From the human T2T-CHM13v2.0 reference genome, Homo sapiens: a stretch of DNA of 64,000 bases. Of the stretch, positions 13,614 to 28,471 are shown piece by piece. The notes below the pieces were generated by a model. That model worked only from the letters and a program-made list of their open reading frames with translations. It ran no database searches and was not told where the DNA came from. Each line of letters opens with the position of its first letter. Within the stretch, counting starts at the first letter, position 1. The stretch lies in assembly GCF_009914755.1 (NCBI RefSeq), contig NC_060927.1, one strand, 5' to 3'. The translations under genes were made by a program, and so were the position numbers.

Positions 13614-14719
13614 TCATACAGGGAGGCCCCAGATCCCGTCCACCACTGCCAACCAGGGATCACACCCAAAGGCCAAACACCTTATTATTCTAAAGCTTCT
13701 AAATCACGATGGCTGCTTTTTGTGGCTTCTCCATACAGCTGCACATTATCAAGGGAGCCAGCTAACCAGGCCATGGGGCTTCAGACTTGGGAGCCGAGGA
13801 CTTTATGTTTCAGTGGCAGGGAAGGAGAGAGTAATTCTTCCTGAGCTGGGGCAGCATAAAATCCTCTCTTCTACTCCCTGACACCAGGTGTATGCCTGAT
13901 AGTAAAACATCACATTTTAAAAGTGGAAATAACAAAAACAAACATTTTATCTGGCTCCCATGTTGGTGAAAGATTTCTATACTAAGGGCTTTTTTTTCCT
14001 TTACTGGAAAAAATAGCTTATCGATGTTTCGCATTGCCTCAGTGTGAAGAAAGCAGTTTGTAAAAGTCAGAAACAGATACCGTAGGGAGTCAGAAATAGA
14101 TACTGTCAAGGGAGGAATTTTGTTGGGTCCTCAGAAAAGTCTGGAAGTGGACACCACTGTTCCAAACCTTATTTTGAACAAAGAGCTAGAAAAAGTGGGG
14201 AATGATTAGAAGATTAATGCCATAACCAGGTGAAAAACAAGATGACTGCTGCCGAAGGAAATGGTGCAAAGGGCACAAGGGACTATGCCCAGGACACAAG
14301 GGGAAAGAGGTCCAAGGAGCTGGAAGAGCTATAAACCCAACGGACTCCAGCAGGAAAGCAGGTGGTGGTGGCCTTCGGTTGGGAGGTGGTAGTGGGGGGA
14401 GGTTATGAAGAAAGGAGTTTTTGCAGGGGTTATTCAGGTCATCACATGGTGAAAGCCAAAGAGGTCAGACTGTGTTGTGAGGACTGGAGCGGACAGAAGA
14501 AAACTTTCCGCAATGAAAAAGACCAGTGATTGCACAGCAGGAAACCCAATAGGAAACGTGAGAGGCATAAGAACAGCCCAGCCAGACAAGCTGTGGTTCA
14601 CAATGTGACTTGCTTCCTCTCTTTTAACCATAGCATCTACATTTATAAATGAATACATTCTATTAAGTTTTCTCTGAGGGTCCTCCTAGCTCCCAAATCC
14701 ATTAGGAAGTATATTCTTG

Positions 14720-15470
14720 CATTCATTCAGTCCACAAGAACTTAAGCACTTACTATTTGCCAGGTCATTAGATGCTAGACTCATAATAATAAACAAAAGT
14801 GTCCCTACCTATGAAGCCCAGGCTCATGAGCTTCCAGGATCAAAGAATAGGAATAGTTGGAAGCTACTCTAAATGAGACTAAATAATGTATTTACATAAA
14901 GACATTTAGTAAGGGCCTGTGCTGGGCTCAGCTGAACAAGTCTTCAGGTTATTTGGTTGTTCAATAATATAGGCAGCTTGGGAATATACTTGTAAACATT
15001 TTATTTATTCAATACTGTTTCTGTCTATAAGCCACCTGGCTCAATATAATATAGAGCACAGAATTAATGTCTTCTTAAAAATGATAAAGGGTCAGAATAA
15101 GGGAGGCCAGTTAGGCCTCCACTGCAGAAGATAAGAGGTGAGGAATGTGAACTGAGACAGCAGAACCAAAGGGATATAACAATGTAAACTAGAGACGATA
15201 AAAGGGGTGACATAAAGTCAGACTAGGTGAGGAAAGGGCTGCCTTAGGAATGACTAAGTTTCCACTCTGAGTGCCTATGTAGATTGTGGTGTCATTTGGC
15301 AAGGTGAGAAAAGCAGAAGGGAGTGACTGAGGAGAAGACAAAGAGCTCAGCTGGAGTCAGTAGAGTTCGAGGTGCTTTGGTTCTGAAGTCCAGGAGAAAG
15401 TTCTAGACTGGAAGAATACAAGTCGTGAGATTCTAGGCGGCAGGTGAAGACAAGAAGTAGATGATAGTGG
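14720..15470 (-). mobile_element. L2 relic fragments
   Basis: cattcattcag...cacttactatttgccagg 3' end; later gattgtggtgtcatt...gagttcgaggtgc motifs. Confidence 0.55.
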
Positions 15471-16532
15471 CTAGATTGAGGCCTCTGCCTTGCCTCTACC
15501 AATCTCTAAAAATCCCTGTGACCAGAGGGATTTAGAAATGAATAAAGAAAGAGCATGAAAGAGAAAAAGTCAGTTAACTGGAAGTCATTTTTTAAAGTTT
15601 TCTATTTTTTCCTTTCCCAAATATCACCCAGATCCTCCTTTTTTCAAGGAAATATCTTTATTCTTGCTTTACAGATGGGCATACAGGGAGCAATGATGTA
15701 TGCTCATCACCCAGATATTTACTCCAGAAGCTGGCTGAGGTCATAAAAATCATCTAGTCAGCCAACACCTACATGCAGAAGAGGAGGAAAGGCAACATGC
15801 TGAGGGTCACCATAGAATGACTGCATTTTTTAAAAATTTGTGCCCCAAGAAAAAAACACACATACAATGTTTCATAGACATTCCATAGTGTCAGATTGGG
15901 AAGCCATTCTTCTCTGCCCACCCTTTTTATAAAAATGGAGATGTTAAGACAGTGACAGGTAGAATGGTTTGCCCATCATTTTCTCATGAGTTGACTGAGT
16001 CAGACAGTCAGAATCTGGGCTCTTGATTTCTCTTTTATAATAAGTTTCCTTAGACCGGGAGAAATGGTGACACACATCTCAAGTTTTATGTTTCAGTAAT
16101 TCTCCCAGCAGTGGTCTAAAGAACCCTCATTAACCATATGGCAGCCCTGGTACAAGCAAGGTAAACAGCAGACACCCAATATTATCTGCTATAAGCCCCT
16201 GAACGCACACAGCTGGTGCACACACAGTCATGCATGTTTTTTCCAATCCCCATTGTTTCCCATGTAAATTTTGCATGAAAATTTCCGTCCGGGTCCCAAA
16301 TCTGAGGTCTTGAGATAAGAAAACCTAAATCTAACCCTGACTCCAGCTCCACCTCTGCTGTTTACTAATAACTAGCTTGGGAGATTCTCTTCACCTCTGG
16401 ATCTCAGTTTCCTCACCTGTCAAGTGAGAGGTTTAGACTAAATGATTTCTAAGATTCATTCCTCCTCAACATTGTATGAGGTCCCAATAGATAACTTATT
16501 TAATATGAAATATCATCCTCTGAGAATTACAG

Positions 16533-17245
16533 TGTTATACAACAAAGAATTTGGTCTTTGTCCTGGGCTTCTGGGATGGAGACTCGAAACCTTTGAAATT
16601 TCCCAAATCATCAGAGTGTCTGTGATTCATGCTGGGCCCATGAACCACACCTGAGTTTGAGTTAAGGAGGTGTCTCTGGATGCGGGCTAGTCCTGCCAGA
16701 AAGACCAAACATGTAATTAGAGGGTTGCAACTTTGAGCCATGGGTCAGAAGGAGAGGGAAGTTGTAGGTTGACTTCGTTCATGTGGCCAATGACTCAATC
16801 GGTCATGCCTAAGTAATAAAACCCTAATAAAAACTCTGGACCTTGAGGCTCTGGTGAGCTTCCTTGTTGGGGAATGTATCAATGTGCCAGAAGGGTGACA
16901 TGCTGTCATGGGGAGAGGGCATAAAAGCTCAATATTTGAAACTCTTAGAAACCTCACTCTATGTGTCTCTTCGTTTGGCTGCTTCTGAATCGTATCCCTA
17001 ATAATAGAACTATAATCCTAATACTTTACTGGGTTTTGTGAATTGTTTTAATGAATTATCTAACCTGAGAGGGTCATGGGAAATCCCCTTCCAAATTTGT
17101 ATTCAGTTGGTGAGCAGTGAAAGCAGCCCAAGGAACCCGAACTGGCAGCCAGCGTCTGAAATCAGTGCAATCTTGTTGGGGATTGCGTCCTTAACCTGTG
17201 GAGTCAGTGCTAACTCTGAGCGGTTAGTGTCAGATTTGACTTGCA
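16533..17245 (+). mobile_element. MER21-type LTR
   Basis: aaagaatttggtctttgtcctgg...taataaaactctggac...gctaactctgagcggttagtgtcaga. Confidence 0.8.
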
Positions 17246-18998
17246 GCATTACGTACAATATACCTACTAGACAATAATTATAATTTATATGTGTTCTCAG
17301 ACAAGTAAATGGACTCTAAACACCTTCTACAAGTGCTCCTTGGCTTACAGTTACTGGTGTGCTGTGGTGGCAGCATCGGTGTTATGTGATTATAAGAGAC
17401 TAGCTACTGATAGTGTTTTCAAATCATGGTTATGTTGGTGTGATGAATGACATAAAAAATTGTTTCAAGATGTCAAAGAGGACACACTTGTCTGCACCAG
17501 CACCTCCTAACAGGGCTTAAAACAGAAACATTTCCCCGCTCTATTAAGCAGCTGTTACAAAGTTTAAAAAAAAATTTTTTTCTAGGGGGCAGCCATCATT
17601 ATTCAGGTGTTGAATAAAGCCCTGCCTAATATATCATCTCTTTAAATGCTACTCTGCGGGGCTTATTTTTATCACTCTCAAGCAATTCAAATGTTGGTCA
17701 TCCAGAAAATTCATTTCTTTCTTTCCTTCCTAAAGGCACAGGCAACAGAATTGAAATCACTGATGTAAACTGAGCCAAAACAGACTTAGGAATATCTTTC
17801 TGTTCGGCTGCAACTCAACCTCCATTCCCTGCGCAATAGGAAGCATCAATTAACTGATCATAACCAGCAGAAGAAAGAATATCTGGAATTCTTTTGTGAA
17901 AGGTCAACTTAAGTTCCAGAGTCGTTCTCATCCTGTATGATGCTGTAAGAGACCAGCATCTCCCTTCCATGATACCCAGTCCCTGTATTCCTAAGAGTCA
18001 TCTTGGGAGTGCCTGCTCTCGATGCAACATCTTAGAATCCTCTCCCAAAGGTTATGAATCGGTAGTTTTAAGTTTGATCCCATTAACCTGCATGGTTCAA
18101 CCCTTCCAGGTAATTCTGACACAGGCGATCTGCAGAAACACTCTCTGTTGCTTTTCCCCAAAGGTCACCACTGAGAGGGCACATGCTGTCCAAGCTGCCT
18201 GTGTTAACGGGGTTAAAACGGAAATACGCATCAGACCCACCAGAAGATCTGTGATACAATGTTAGTGAGCAGTGAGTAATCATCACGAGTGATTTGTTAT
18301 AAAAACAGATCTAAAGCTCCTTGACTCTGAACATGCCAATCAAGACCAACTGATCAGGGTTTGTTTTTTTTTCATTTGGAAAAAGGTCAAGCAGCTGCCC
18401 GTTTGCTTTTTTCTCTCCAGGGCCATTTTAGGAAGTTCATCTGCTCTAAACAGCTGTTCTCAAGTAGAATTGATCCCTGCAGAAAAATGACTGTGGGACC
18501 ACACTCCAGAGGTGACATATGTTAAACTATTTTTCAGTTTCAGCTTACCTTTGAAAAGCATATAAGAATAGCAGTCTCTCTTTTCAGTGATTCAAAATCA
18601 GGGTTTAAAAGCGTATTTTGATGATCATCATCAAATTTCTATAAAGTGTTATGTTTATAATGCTCTCTTTTTAGTTGTCATGACTTATATTTAGATAACA
18701 CTTTTTCTTTATCCATTCAATATTTTTCAGTCTACAAAGTTCATTCATATCATAGTCTTCATTACAATCCTTCAAGCAGGCAAGGAATCTATAATAATAT
18801 TAACCCAGGGCAGATAGTAATAAACACAACGTGGATGAGGGAGACTGACCTTGTTGTTCAAATGTCAACTCCCCTATTTACTTGTGTTATGTGGCCTTGG
18901 GCATATTTACCTCCTTGTGCCTCAGTTTCTTCATCTGTAGAATGAAGATAATAGTATCCACATCATAGTGTTGTTGTAAAGATTACAAAGTTAGTATC

Positions 18999-19289
18999 TT
19001 TTTTTTTTGAGACAGAGTCTCGTTCTGTCACCCAGGCTGGAGTGCAGTGACACGACCTCAGCTCACTGCAACCTCTGCCTCCCAGTTCACGCCATTCTCC
19101 AGCCTCAGCCTCCCAAGTAGCTGGGATTACAGGGGCCCGCCACCACGCCCGGCTAATTTTTTTGTATTTTTAGTAGAGATGGGGTTTCACCGTGTTAGTC
19201 AGGATGGTTTTGATCTCTTGACCTCGTGATCCGCCCGCCTCGGCCTCCCAAAGTGCTGGGATTACAGGCGTGAGCCACTGTGCCTGGCC
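18999..19289 (-). mobile_element. AluY-like SINE inserted in a MIR
   Basis: TSD tacaaagtta(g/a)tatc at 18984-18998 and 19290-19304; cacgccattctcc diagnostic. Confidence 0.95.
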
Positions 19290-20672
19290 TACAAAGTTAA
19301 TATCTCTAAAGTGTTTAGAACACAGTAAGCACTATAAAAGTTTGTGAAATAAAATTATACTCAACAAGCATTTGAGTGCTCACAACCAAATAACAAAGGC
19401 ACAGGGATAAAAGATTTACACCCCAGTTCCTGTTCTCCAAGAGCTCGCAAAGCAGAACTGAGAGGGAGACAAAAATTCAAATAACTGTAAAACAGTTTCT
19501 TAGGTATCGTGAGAGAGTAGTGGGGGCACATCAGACAAGGGGAAAGGTAGGGAAGGAGGTGACAGCAGGTACCAGCACGGAGGAGAGTATAAATAGATAG
19601 CAGAAATTTCCCAGGAAAACCGGAAGGATGGAAGAGGGAGAGAATCGGACTTCAGGCTAAGGGTGCAATATTTGAGAAAAATAATAATACTTCCAAATCT
19701 TTCCTATCTATTATATATAAGGACTGTGATAAAAAGATTTACTTACTTTGTTTTTGAATCCTGACAATAGTATTTTAAGGTTGTCCTCACTGTTATCATT
19801 TTTTAAATTAAGAACATGGGACTTAGAAAAGCTTACAGTATATTTCTCCAGGAGAATATACTGTAAGTGGCAGAGCCCATCTGTCTCCATGACTGACACT
19901 GAACAGGCTGTCTCTCAGGCACTCCTGAGCCCTGGAGGCAAAGCGTGGCGCAATCAGGGATGTTGTGAAGAATGGAGAAGGAAGGAGCTAGAAAGAGTTG
20001 GAAGGTGAAAAGAAGGGCTTTTCATGTGCTGATTTCGTATTCATATAGGATAGATGTGAGCATGTCGATTAGCTGAGAAGTCAGTAGAGAGGATGAAAAT
20101 ATCAGCGTCTTAGAAGTAGGTGCTGATGCAGCATCCCACAAGACACAGGAGGTGACAGCATCTAGGGGAAACCTTGACTGGCTTAAAATGAAAGGAGAGC
20201 CAACTCTTGCTCTGAACAAAGAAGAGAGAAAGACAGGCACAGAGGCAAGTTTATAAATGATAAAAAGGGTCAGAAAGTTGGAACCGAGACTGAAATGTAG
20301 GCTTGTATGATCTTAGCGAGGAGAGTCACTGAAGTCAATGGAAGACATCCCACACCACTCCCCATCACCACAACCCCAAAAAGTGTCCAGTTTGGGCACC
20401 CACCATTCTATCTCACCGACCTCATGCCCCGGTTGTTCTGAATGTAGTGCCATTGTTTATTAAGATATTAACTTACATTTGTTCTTCTCTTTTTCCTGTG
20501 CTATTTGAAGTGGGTTACTTAAGGTAGTATTTCCTTGACTCAGGTATTTTTTCAATAAGAAAAACAGAAGTTATTTGGAGATCACAGGTCTTAGAAAAGA
20601 CTATACTCAGCAAGGAGATGTGTAAGGCTCAGGGATGGAGGTATATGAGGGAAAGAGATTTCTTAAGAATAT

Positions 20673-20733
20673 CTATATGTAACAAAACTGCACGTTCTGC
20701 ACATGTAATCGAGAACTTAAAGTACAAAAAAAA
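20673..20733 (+). mobile_element. Extremely truncated L1PA 3' tail (~60 bp)
   Basis: ctatatgtaacaaaactgcacgttctgcacatgta...gaacttaaagta followed by an A run. Confidence 0.8.
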
Positions 20734-20741
20734 GACAATGA

Positions 20742-21067
<326 letters not shown>

Positions 21068-21885
21068 CTCTGATTTATTTTTAATAAAATAGTCTCTCAC
21101 ATCAAAAAAAAAAAAAAAAGAATCTCTAGATGAGACAAATATTTGCCTTGGGACTAAAAACATATACACAGGGGTATTAAGAGGAAGCAGGGTGGAGACA
21201 GTCAGTAGCATTCTGGGGAGTGATGGCCATGTGACTTGCCTGGGGATCTGAACCCCAGGCAAAGGGCAGTTCTTGGTGGCAGTGAAGACTCTCACGCCCC
21301 ACACATGGCACATATTCCATAACAGTGGCCAATGACCACAAATGGGTTAAGGCTCATAAGACCCAGGCAGAACTTTGACTCTGCCTGGTAGGTGGGATAA
21401 GGTCCAATAGTGACTGACAAATAATTCACCACCAAGGAGAGGTAGTCAAAGTCAGAATTGGGTTGGCCTAATTTAAAGGAAACAAAGAACAGCTGCTGTC
21501 TCTAAAGGAGCTCCGGCCCAGGGGCCCAGCCATCACCACCATGTCCACACCCAAGGTTGTCCCCTGCAGCAGGCTAGGGCATGCACCCAACCCTGCCCCT
21601 GTACCTGTGCATGTGTAAGTAGCAGGCCCCACCCCCCAGCTCCTGCCTCCACCACTATTCTTGTACCCAGAACTGGCCCTTGCAGCTGCCTAGGTGTGCA
21701 TATCTCCAGCTCAGGCCCACTACTGCCTACACACATGTAGTCAGCCTGACCCCTGTCCCAACCCGCAGCTGACACCTGCCATCATGCATGTGTACACTGC
21801 CAACCTCTGCCACAACATGTGCACATGCAGTCAGTCCTAGCCCCTTCCTTTGCTGCCAGCCCTTGCCACGATGCACAAGCTTGCC

Positions 21886-21998
21886 ACTGACCTTGGCTGC
21901 CACACACATGCCTTCAGCCAGCAACTGACCTTGGCTGCCACACACATGCCTTCAGCCAGCAACTGACCTTTGCTGCCACACACATGCCTTCAGCCAGC
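21886..21998. repeat. 38-bp minisatellite, 3 copies
   Basis: actgaccttggctgccacacacatgccttcagccagca x3, nearly identical. Confidence 0.95.
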
Positions 21999-22488
21999 CG
22001 CCACAGCTGAGCACACGCACACCACTGACTATGGTCCCCATCACTTTCTGCCCCAGCCCCTTGCCACCAAACTCAGAGACACTACTGAGGACCCTCACAG
22101 CCATAGCAGACCTCACACAGCTCTTGCCACCAAGAACGACCTAATTGCCAATGTCATGGACCCCCAGCTTTCTGAGCCAATGAGACACCACATCCACCCC
22201 TTGACCTGGAGCTACTGTATACTTCCATTCATGGTGCCCCACACCACTACACCTGGTGCCATGGCACGCCCCAGCATGCATCCCTCTATAACCACCCCCC
22301 AACCTCTGCCACAGGTGAGGGTCTTCTCTTACCAAAACCAGTCTATAAAGTTTGGAAAAAGAATGCACGCATCAAATGCTACATTTGTAAGGCTTTGTAA
22401 GGCTACAAGAATTATGAAGAATCAGAGGAATATGAAACCAAAGGAACACAATAAACTTCTAATAAGTGACCTTAAAGAATTGGACATT

Positions 22489-22539
22489 GTCTATGGCCAT
22501 ACCACTCTGAATATGCCCAATCCTGTCTGATCTCAGAAG
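22489..22539 (+). pseudogene. 3'-truncated (tailless) 5S rRNA retropseudogene
   Basis: gtctatggccataccactctgaatatgcccaatcctgtctgatctcagaag matches 5S nt 1-51; TSD aagaattgga(c/g)att at 22475-22488 and 22537-22550. Confidence 0.9.
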
Positions 22540-22603
22540 AATTGGAGATTCATGAATTTTATAACAAAGAATTCAAAATAATTCTCTAAAGAAGCTCAGT
22601 AAA

Positions 22604-23316
22604 AAATAAAACAGTATAGAGATTTCTGAAAAACTAAAAATACTATTACTATATAATCCAGCATTTTCACCAATGGATATTTATTCAAAGAAAAGGAAAT
22701 CAGTATGTCAAAAGGATACATGCACCCCCGTGTGTATTGCAGCAGTATTCACAATAGCAAAAACATGGAATCAACCTAAAAATTCATCAGTGGACAAACG
22801 GATAAATAAAATGTGGGATATATATATAATGAAATACTATCTAGCCATAAAAAAATAAAATTATGTCATTTGCAGCAACGTGGACTGAATTGGTTGGAGG
22901 TGATGTTAAGTGAAATAAGCCAATCACAGAAAGACATATGTTCTCACTCATATGTGGGAGCTAAACAAGTCAATGTCCAGGATGTAGAGAGTACAATGAT
23001 AGATATCAGAAGATGGAAGGGGTATATGGATGTTGGCGATAAAGTAAGGTTGGTTAATAGGTACAAACACATAGATAGATAGAAGGAATACATTCTAATG
23101 TTTGATACCAGAGTAAGGTGACTACAGGTAACAACAATGTATTATATATTTCAAAATAGCTGGAAGGGAGAATTTGAAATGTTCCCAACACATAGAAATG
23201 ATAAATACTTAAAGTGATGTATACCCTAAATATCCTGACTTGATCATTACACATTCTATGTATGTAACAAAGTATCACATGCACCTCATGAATATGTACA
23301 AATATGTATCGTTTTA
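22604..23316 (+). mobile_element. 5'-truncated L1MA 3' end nested in ORF1 of the host L1
   Basis: L1 3'UTR motifs; TSD aaagaag(c/t)tcag(t/c)aaa at 22588-22603 and 23317-23332. Confidence 0.88.
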
Positions 23317-26300
23317 AAAGAAGTTCAGCAAACAAGAGAGCACAAAAAACAGTTTAAAAAATTAGGAAACAATAAAAGAACAAAATTATAAGCTCAACAA
23401 AATGATAGAAAACATTAGAAAATAACCAAACAGAAATTTTGGAGCTAAATAATACAATGACTGAACAACAGAATGGAATAGAGAGCTTGAAGAAGAATAG
23501 ATCATGCAGAAGAAATAATAAGCAAACTAGAAGACAGATTGTTTTATATCATATAGTAAGAGTAGAAAAAAGAAAAAAAGGAATGAAAATTTTATGTGAT
23601 ATATAAAACACCATCAAGAGAGCTATTTTTTGCATAATAGGATTTTCAGAAGAACAGAGAGAGAAAGGGACAGAAAACCATTATTTAGAAAAATAATGGC
23701 TAAAAACTTCCCACCTGGGGAAAGAAATGAACATGCAGGTACATGAAGCTCAAAGGAATTCAACCAAATTCAACCCAAAGAAGAGTTCACCAAGATACAT
23801 TACAATAAAAAATTAAGAACTAAGAAAGAACTTTAAAAGCAGGAAGAAAAAAAAAGCAAATCACATACAAGTGAATACCAATAAGGCCATTATAGATTTC
23901 TTAGTAGAAACCTTGCAAGCCAAGTGAGAGTGATGATGTACTCAAAATGTGGAAAGAAATAAAACTGCCAGCCAAAAATACATTACATAGCAAAGCTGTC
24001 TTTCAGAAAAGAGGGAGAAAAAAGACATTCACAGACAAATAAAAGCTGAGGGAGTTCATCACCACTGGAATTGCTTTATAAGAAATGCTAAAGAGACTTA
24101 TTTGGGATGAAACAAAAGGCTTACTAATTAGTAACATAAAAACATATGAAAGCATAAAACTCACTGAAAATGTAAATATATAGTCAAAATCAGAATACCA
24201 TAATACTGAAATGGTTGTGTGTAAGTTGCTTATAGTGCCACTATAAAGATTGAAAGGAAAAAAAGTATTTGAAATAACTACAGCTACATTAACTTGTTAA
24301 TGGTGATATACAATATAAAAAGAAATAAACTGTGACATCAACAACATAAAATGTGGGGAAATGGTAAAACCATAAAGCTTTGCCTGTGATCAAAGTGGGT
24401 ATCAGCTTAAAGTAGACATACAGGTATAACTATAAAATGTTTTACATAAGCTTCATGGTAACTACAAAGCAAAAACTTATAGTAGATGCAGAAAAGATAA
24501 GAAAGAAATCAAACCACAACACTACAAAAAAAAAAAAAAAAAAATCACCCAATCACAAAGTAAGACAGCAAGAGAGGAAGGAAGGATCTACAAAATATCC
24601 AGAAAATGATTAATGAAATATCAATAGTAAATCCTTATCTATCAATAATTACTTTAAATGTAAGTGGACTACATTTGTCAATCAAAAGACATAGAGTGGA
24701 TAAATTATTTAAAAAAGACAAGACCCAAATATATGCTGCTGACATGAGACTCATTTCACCTTTAAGAACATACACAGACTGAAGATATTTAGTGCAAATG
24801 GAAACTTAAAGAGAGCAGAGGTAGCTTTTATATTGGAAAAGCTAGACGTTAAGCCAAAAACTGTTATAAGGGACAAATAAGGTCATTATATAATGATGAA
24901 GGGGTCAATGCATCAAGAGTCTACCACAATGATAAATATATAGGTATCCAACATAAGAACACCAAAACATATAAAGCAAATATTAACAGATCCGAAGGGG
25001 GAAATAAACAGGAATACAATAATAGAAGTGGGTGTCAATACCCACTTTCAACAATGGATAGATTATCTAGACAAAATATCAATCATAAACTATTAGACTT
25101 GAATTACTCTTCAGTACAAATGAGCCTAACAGCCATTTACAGAACATTCTATCCATCAGCAACAGAAAACACATTCTTCTTAATGGCACACGGAACATTG
25201 TCGAGTATAGATTAAATGTGGGGTCACAAAACAAGGCTGTGTAAATGCAAGAATATTGAAATCATATTAAGTATCTTTTCCAACCACAATGGTATGAAAC
25301 TAGAAACCAATAAAAGGAGAAAAATCTAGAAAATTCATAAATATGTGGAAATTAAAGTAAATACTTCTAAACAACCGATGAGTCAAAGAAAAAAATCAAA
25401 AGTGAAATTTTAAACTCTCTTAAATCAAACAAAAATGGAAATACAACACACTAAAAACTATGGATACTGTAAAAGCACTCCTAAGTAGGATGTTGGCAGC
25501 AGTGAATGCCTACATTAAAAAGAAGAAAGACCTTAAATAAACAACTTAACATTCTACCTCAAAAAACTAGAAAAAGAAAAAGAAACTAAGTCCAAAGTTA
25601 GCAGAAGAAAAAAAGTAATAAAGCTCACAGCAGAAATAAATCAAATAGAAACTAGAACTATTTAAAAATCAAAACTAAGAGTTGAGTTTTTGAAAAAATA
25701 AAATTAACAAACTTTTAGCTTGAATCACTAAGAATTTAAAAAAAGACACGAGATAAAAAACGAAAGTGGAAACATTACAATAAATGCCTCAGAAATAAAA
25801 AGGACATGAAGGACTATCATGAAAAATTATCTGTAAACAAATTTGATAGCCTAAGAGAAATGGAAAATTCCTAGAAACATACAACCTTCTAAGATTGAAT
25901 CACAAAGAAAGAGAAATCATGAACATACAAATAACACATAAAGAGATTAATGTAGTAATTAAAAACCTCTCAACAAAGTAAAGCCCAGGACCAGATGCCT
26001 TGATGGTTGAATTCTACCAGACATTTAAGGAATAATTAATATCCATCCTATTCATCTATTTTAAAAAATAGAAGTAGAGAAAATACATACAAACCCATTT
26101 TATGAGGCCACTATTATCCTGATATGAAGGCCGGAAAAATATAGCACAGGAAAGGAAAACAACAGGCCAATACCTCTGATGAACATCGATGCAAAAATCT
26201 TCAATAAAATACTAGTAAACCAAGTTTTACAACTCATCTAAAAAGTTATACATTGTGACTATGTGAGATTATCCCTGGGGAGCAAGGTTGGTTTAACATA

Positions 26301-26362
26301 GGTAAATTAACCAATGTGATACACCACTTTAACAATATAAAAGATTAAAAACCACATGATCA

Positions 26363-26666
26363 GGCCAGATGCGGTGGCTCACACCTGTATTCCCAGCACT
26401 TTGGAAGCCAAGGCAGGCAGATCGCTAGAGCTCAGGCATTCAAGACCAGCCTGGACAATGTGGTGAAACCCTGTCTCTACTAAAAATACAAAAATTAGCC
26501 AGGTGTGGTGGTGTGGTTCCTGTGGTCCTGGCTACCTGGGAGGCTGAGCTGGGAGGATCACTTGAGCCTGCAGAGTGGAAGTTGCAGTGAGCTAAGATCA
26601 CACCACTATAATCCAGCAGCCTGGGTGACAGAGTCAGCAGACCCTGTCTAAAAAAAAAAAAAAAAA
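26363..26666 (+). mobile_element. Old Alu (J-like) inserted in L1 ORF2
   Basis: Full Alu splitting the L1 sequence accacatgatca|tt..aat..atgcagaaaaagc. Confidence 0.93.
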
Positions 26667-28471
26667 TCATTTTAATAAATGCAGAAAAAGCATTTGACAA
26701 AGTTTGACATCGTTTCATGATAAAAACTCACAAAAAATAGGCATCAAAGAAAATTTACTCAACATATTATAAGCCATTTATGAATAGTCTACATGACAAT
26801 CAATGGGAGAAAACCAGAAGCTTTTCTCTAGGGTCTGGCTTAAGGCAAGGATGCCTACTCTCACCACTTCTATTCAACACAGTATTGGAAGTACCAGCAA
26901 GAATAACCAGAAAAGAAAAAAAAAAATAAAAGGTATCCAAATATAAACTATCCTATTTGCAGGTGACATGATCCTTTATGTAGAAAACCCTAAAGACTTC
27001 ACAACAAACTCTTAGAATGGTTTTAGTAAAGTTGCAGGATTAAAAAAATACAAAAATCAATTGTATATCTTTACACTAAATATTACCTGTCCAAAAAAGA
27101 AATCAAGAAAATAAGCCCATTTATAATAGCATTAAAAAAATACAATGGTTAGAAATAAATTCAACCAAAGAGGTGAAAGATCTGTATACTGAAAACCATA
27201 AGGTGAAATAAATTGAAGAAGATACAAATAAAAGATATGTCTTGTTCATATATTGAAATATTAATAATGTTAAAATTTTTATACTCAAAGCAATATACAG
27301 ATTCAACACAATCCCTCTTATAATTTCACTTTTCATGGAAATTGGAAAATTAATTCTAAAATTTTTATGGAACAACAAAAGTCCCTGAATAGCCAAAGCA
27401 GTCCTGTAAAAGAAAAACAAAGTTGGAGGCATCACACTTCCCGATTTCAAATTATATTACCAAGATAAAAACAATATAGTACTACCATGAAAACCGACAC
27501 ATAGACTAATGGAATAGAATAGGGAGGCCAGAAATAAACCCAGGCATATATAGTCAACTAATTTCTGAAAGGGGAAGAAAATACAATGAAGAAAGGAGAG
27601 TCTCTTCAATAAATGATGTTGGGAAATCTATATATCCACATCAAAACAATAAAATCAGAACCTTATCTTACACTACAAAATACTCAACTCAATATGAATT
27701 AAAGATCTAAACACAGAGCCGTAAAACTCCTAGAAGAATACATGTGAAAAAGACTTACTAATATTTTCCTTTGCAGTGATTTTTATTATTGTTTTTTGGC
27801 TGAGACATCAAGCATGGGCAACAAAAGAAAAAATAAACAAGTGTCACTACATTAAACAAAAAAATTTCTGCCCAGCAAAGAAAACAATAAACAGAATGGA
27901 AAAGCAGACTAAAGATTGGGAGAAAATATTTGTGAACCATGTATCTGATAAGGAGTTAATATCCAAAATATAAGGAACTCACAACTCAATAACAAAAATC
28001 AAATAACTCACTTTTAAAATAGGTGAGAGACCTGAATAGACATTTCTCCAAGGAGGACATAAAAATATAAAACAGGTATGTGAAAAGGTGCTCAACGTCA
28101 TTACGATATGCAAATCAAAACTACGATGAGATATCACCTCACACCTGTTAGGATGGTTATTATTAAAAGGACAAGACATAAAAAATGTTGGCAAGGGTGG
28201 TGAGAAAGGAGAACAGTTATACGTTGTTAGTGGGAATGTAAATTGGTGTAGCTATTATGACGAACAGTATGAAAGTTCCTCAAAAAATTAAAAATACAAC
28301 TATCACATGTCCCAGCAATCCCTCTTCTGGGTATACACCCAAAGGAAATGAAATCAGTACTTTATCAAGATACCTGCATTCCCATGTTCACTTCAGCATT
28401 ATTCACAATAGCCAAGATAATGGAAACAATCTACGTGTTCATCAACAGATGAATGGAAAAGAAATTGTGGT

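Noticed and set aside
17355-17378. CTCF-like tgctgtggtggcagca
   Set aside because: Lacks the CC..AG core of the CTCF motif; poor match.
18543-18552. Strong minus-strand donor AAAG|GTAAGC
   Set aside because: No convincing upstream acceptor within exon distance.
21886-21998. 38-bp repeats as a possible CRISPR array
   Set aside because: Head-to-tail with no unique spacers, eukaryotic context, no cas genes.
21970-22530. 186-aa ORF
   Set aside because: Chance read-through of L1 5'UTR/ORF1 debris and the 5S fragment; non-ATG start.
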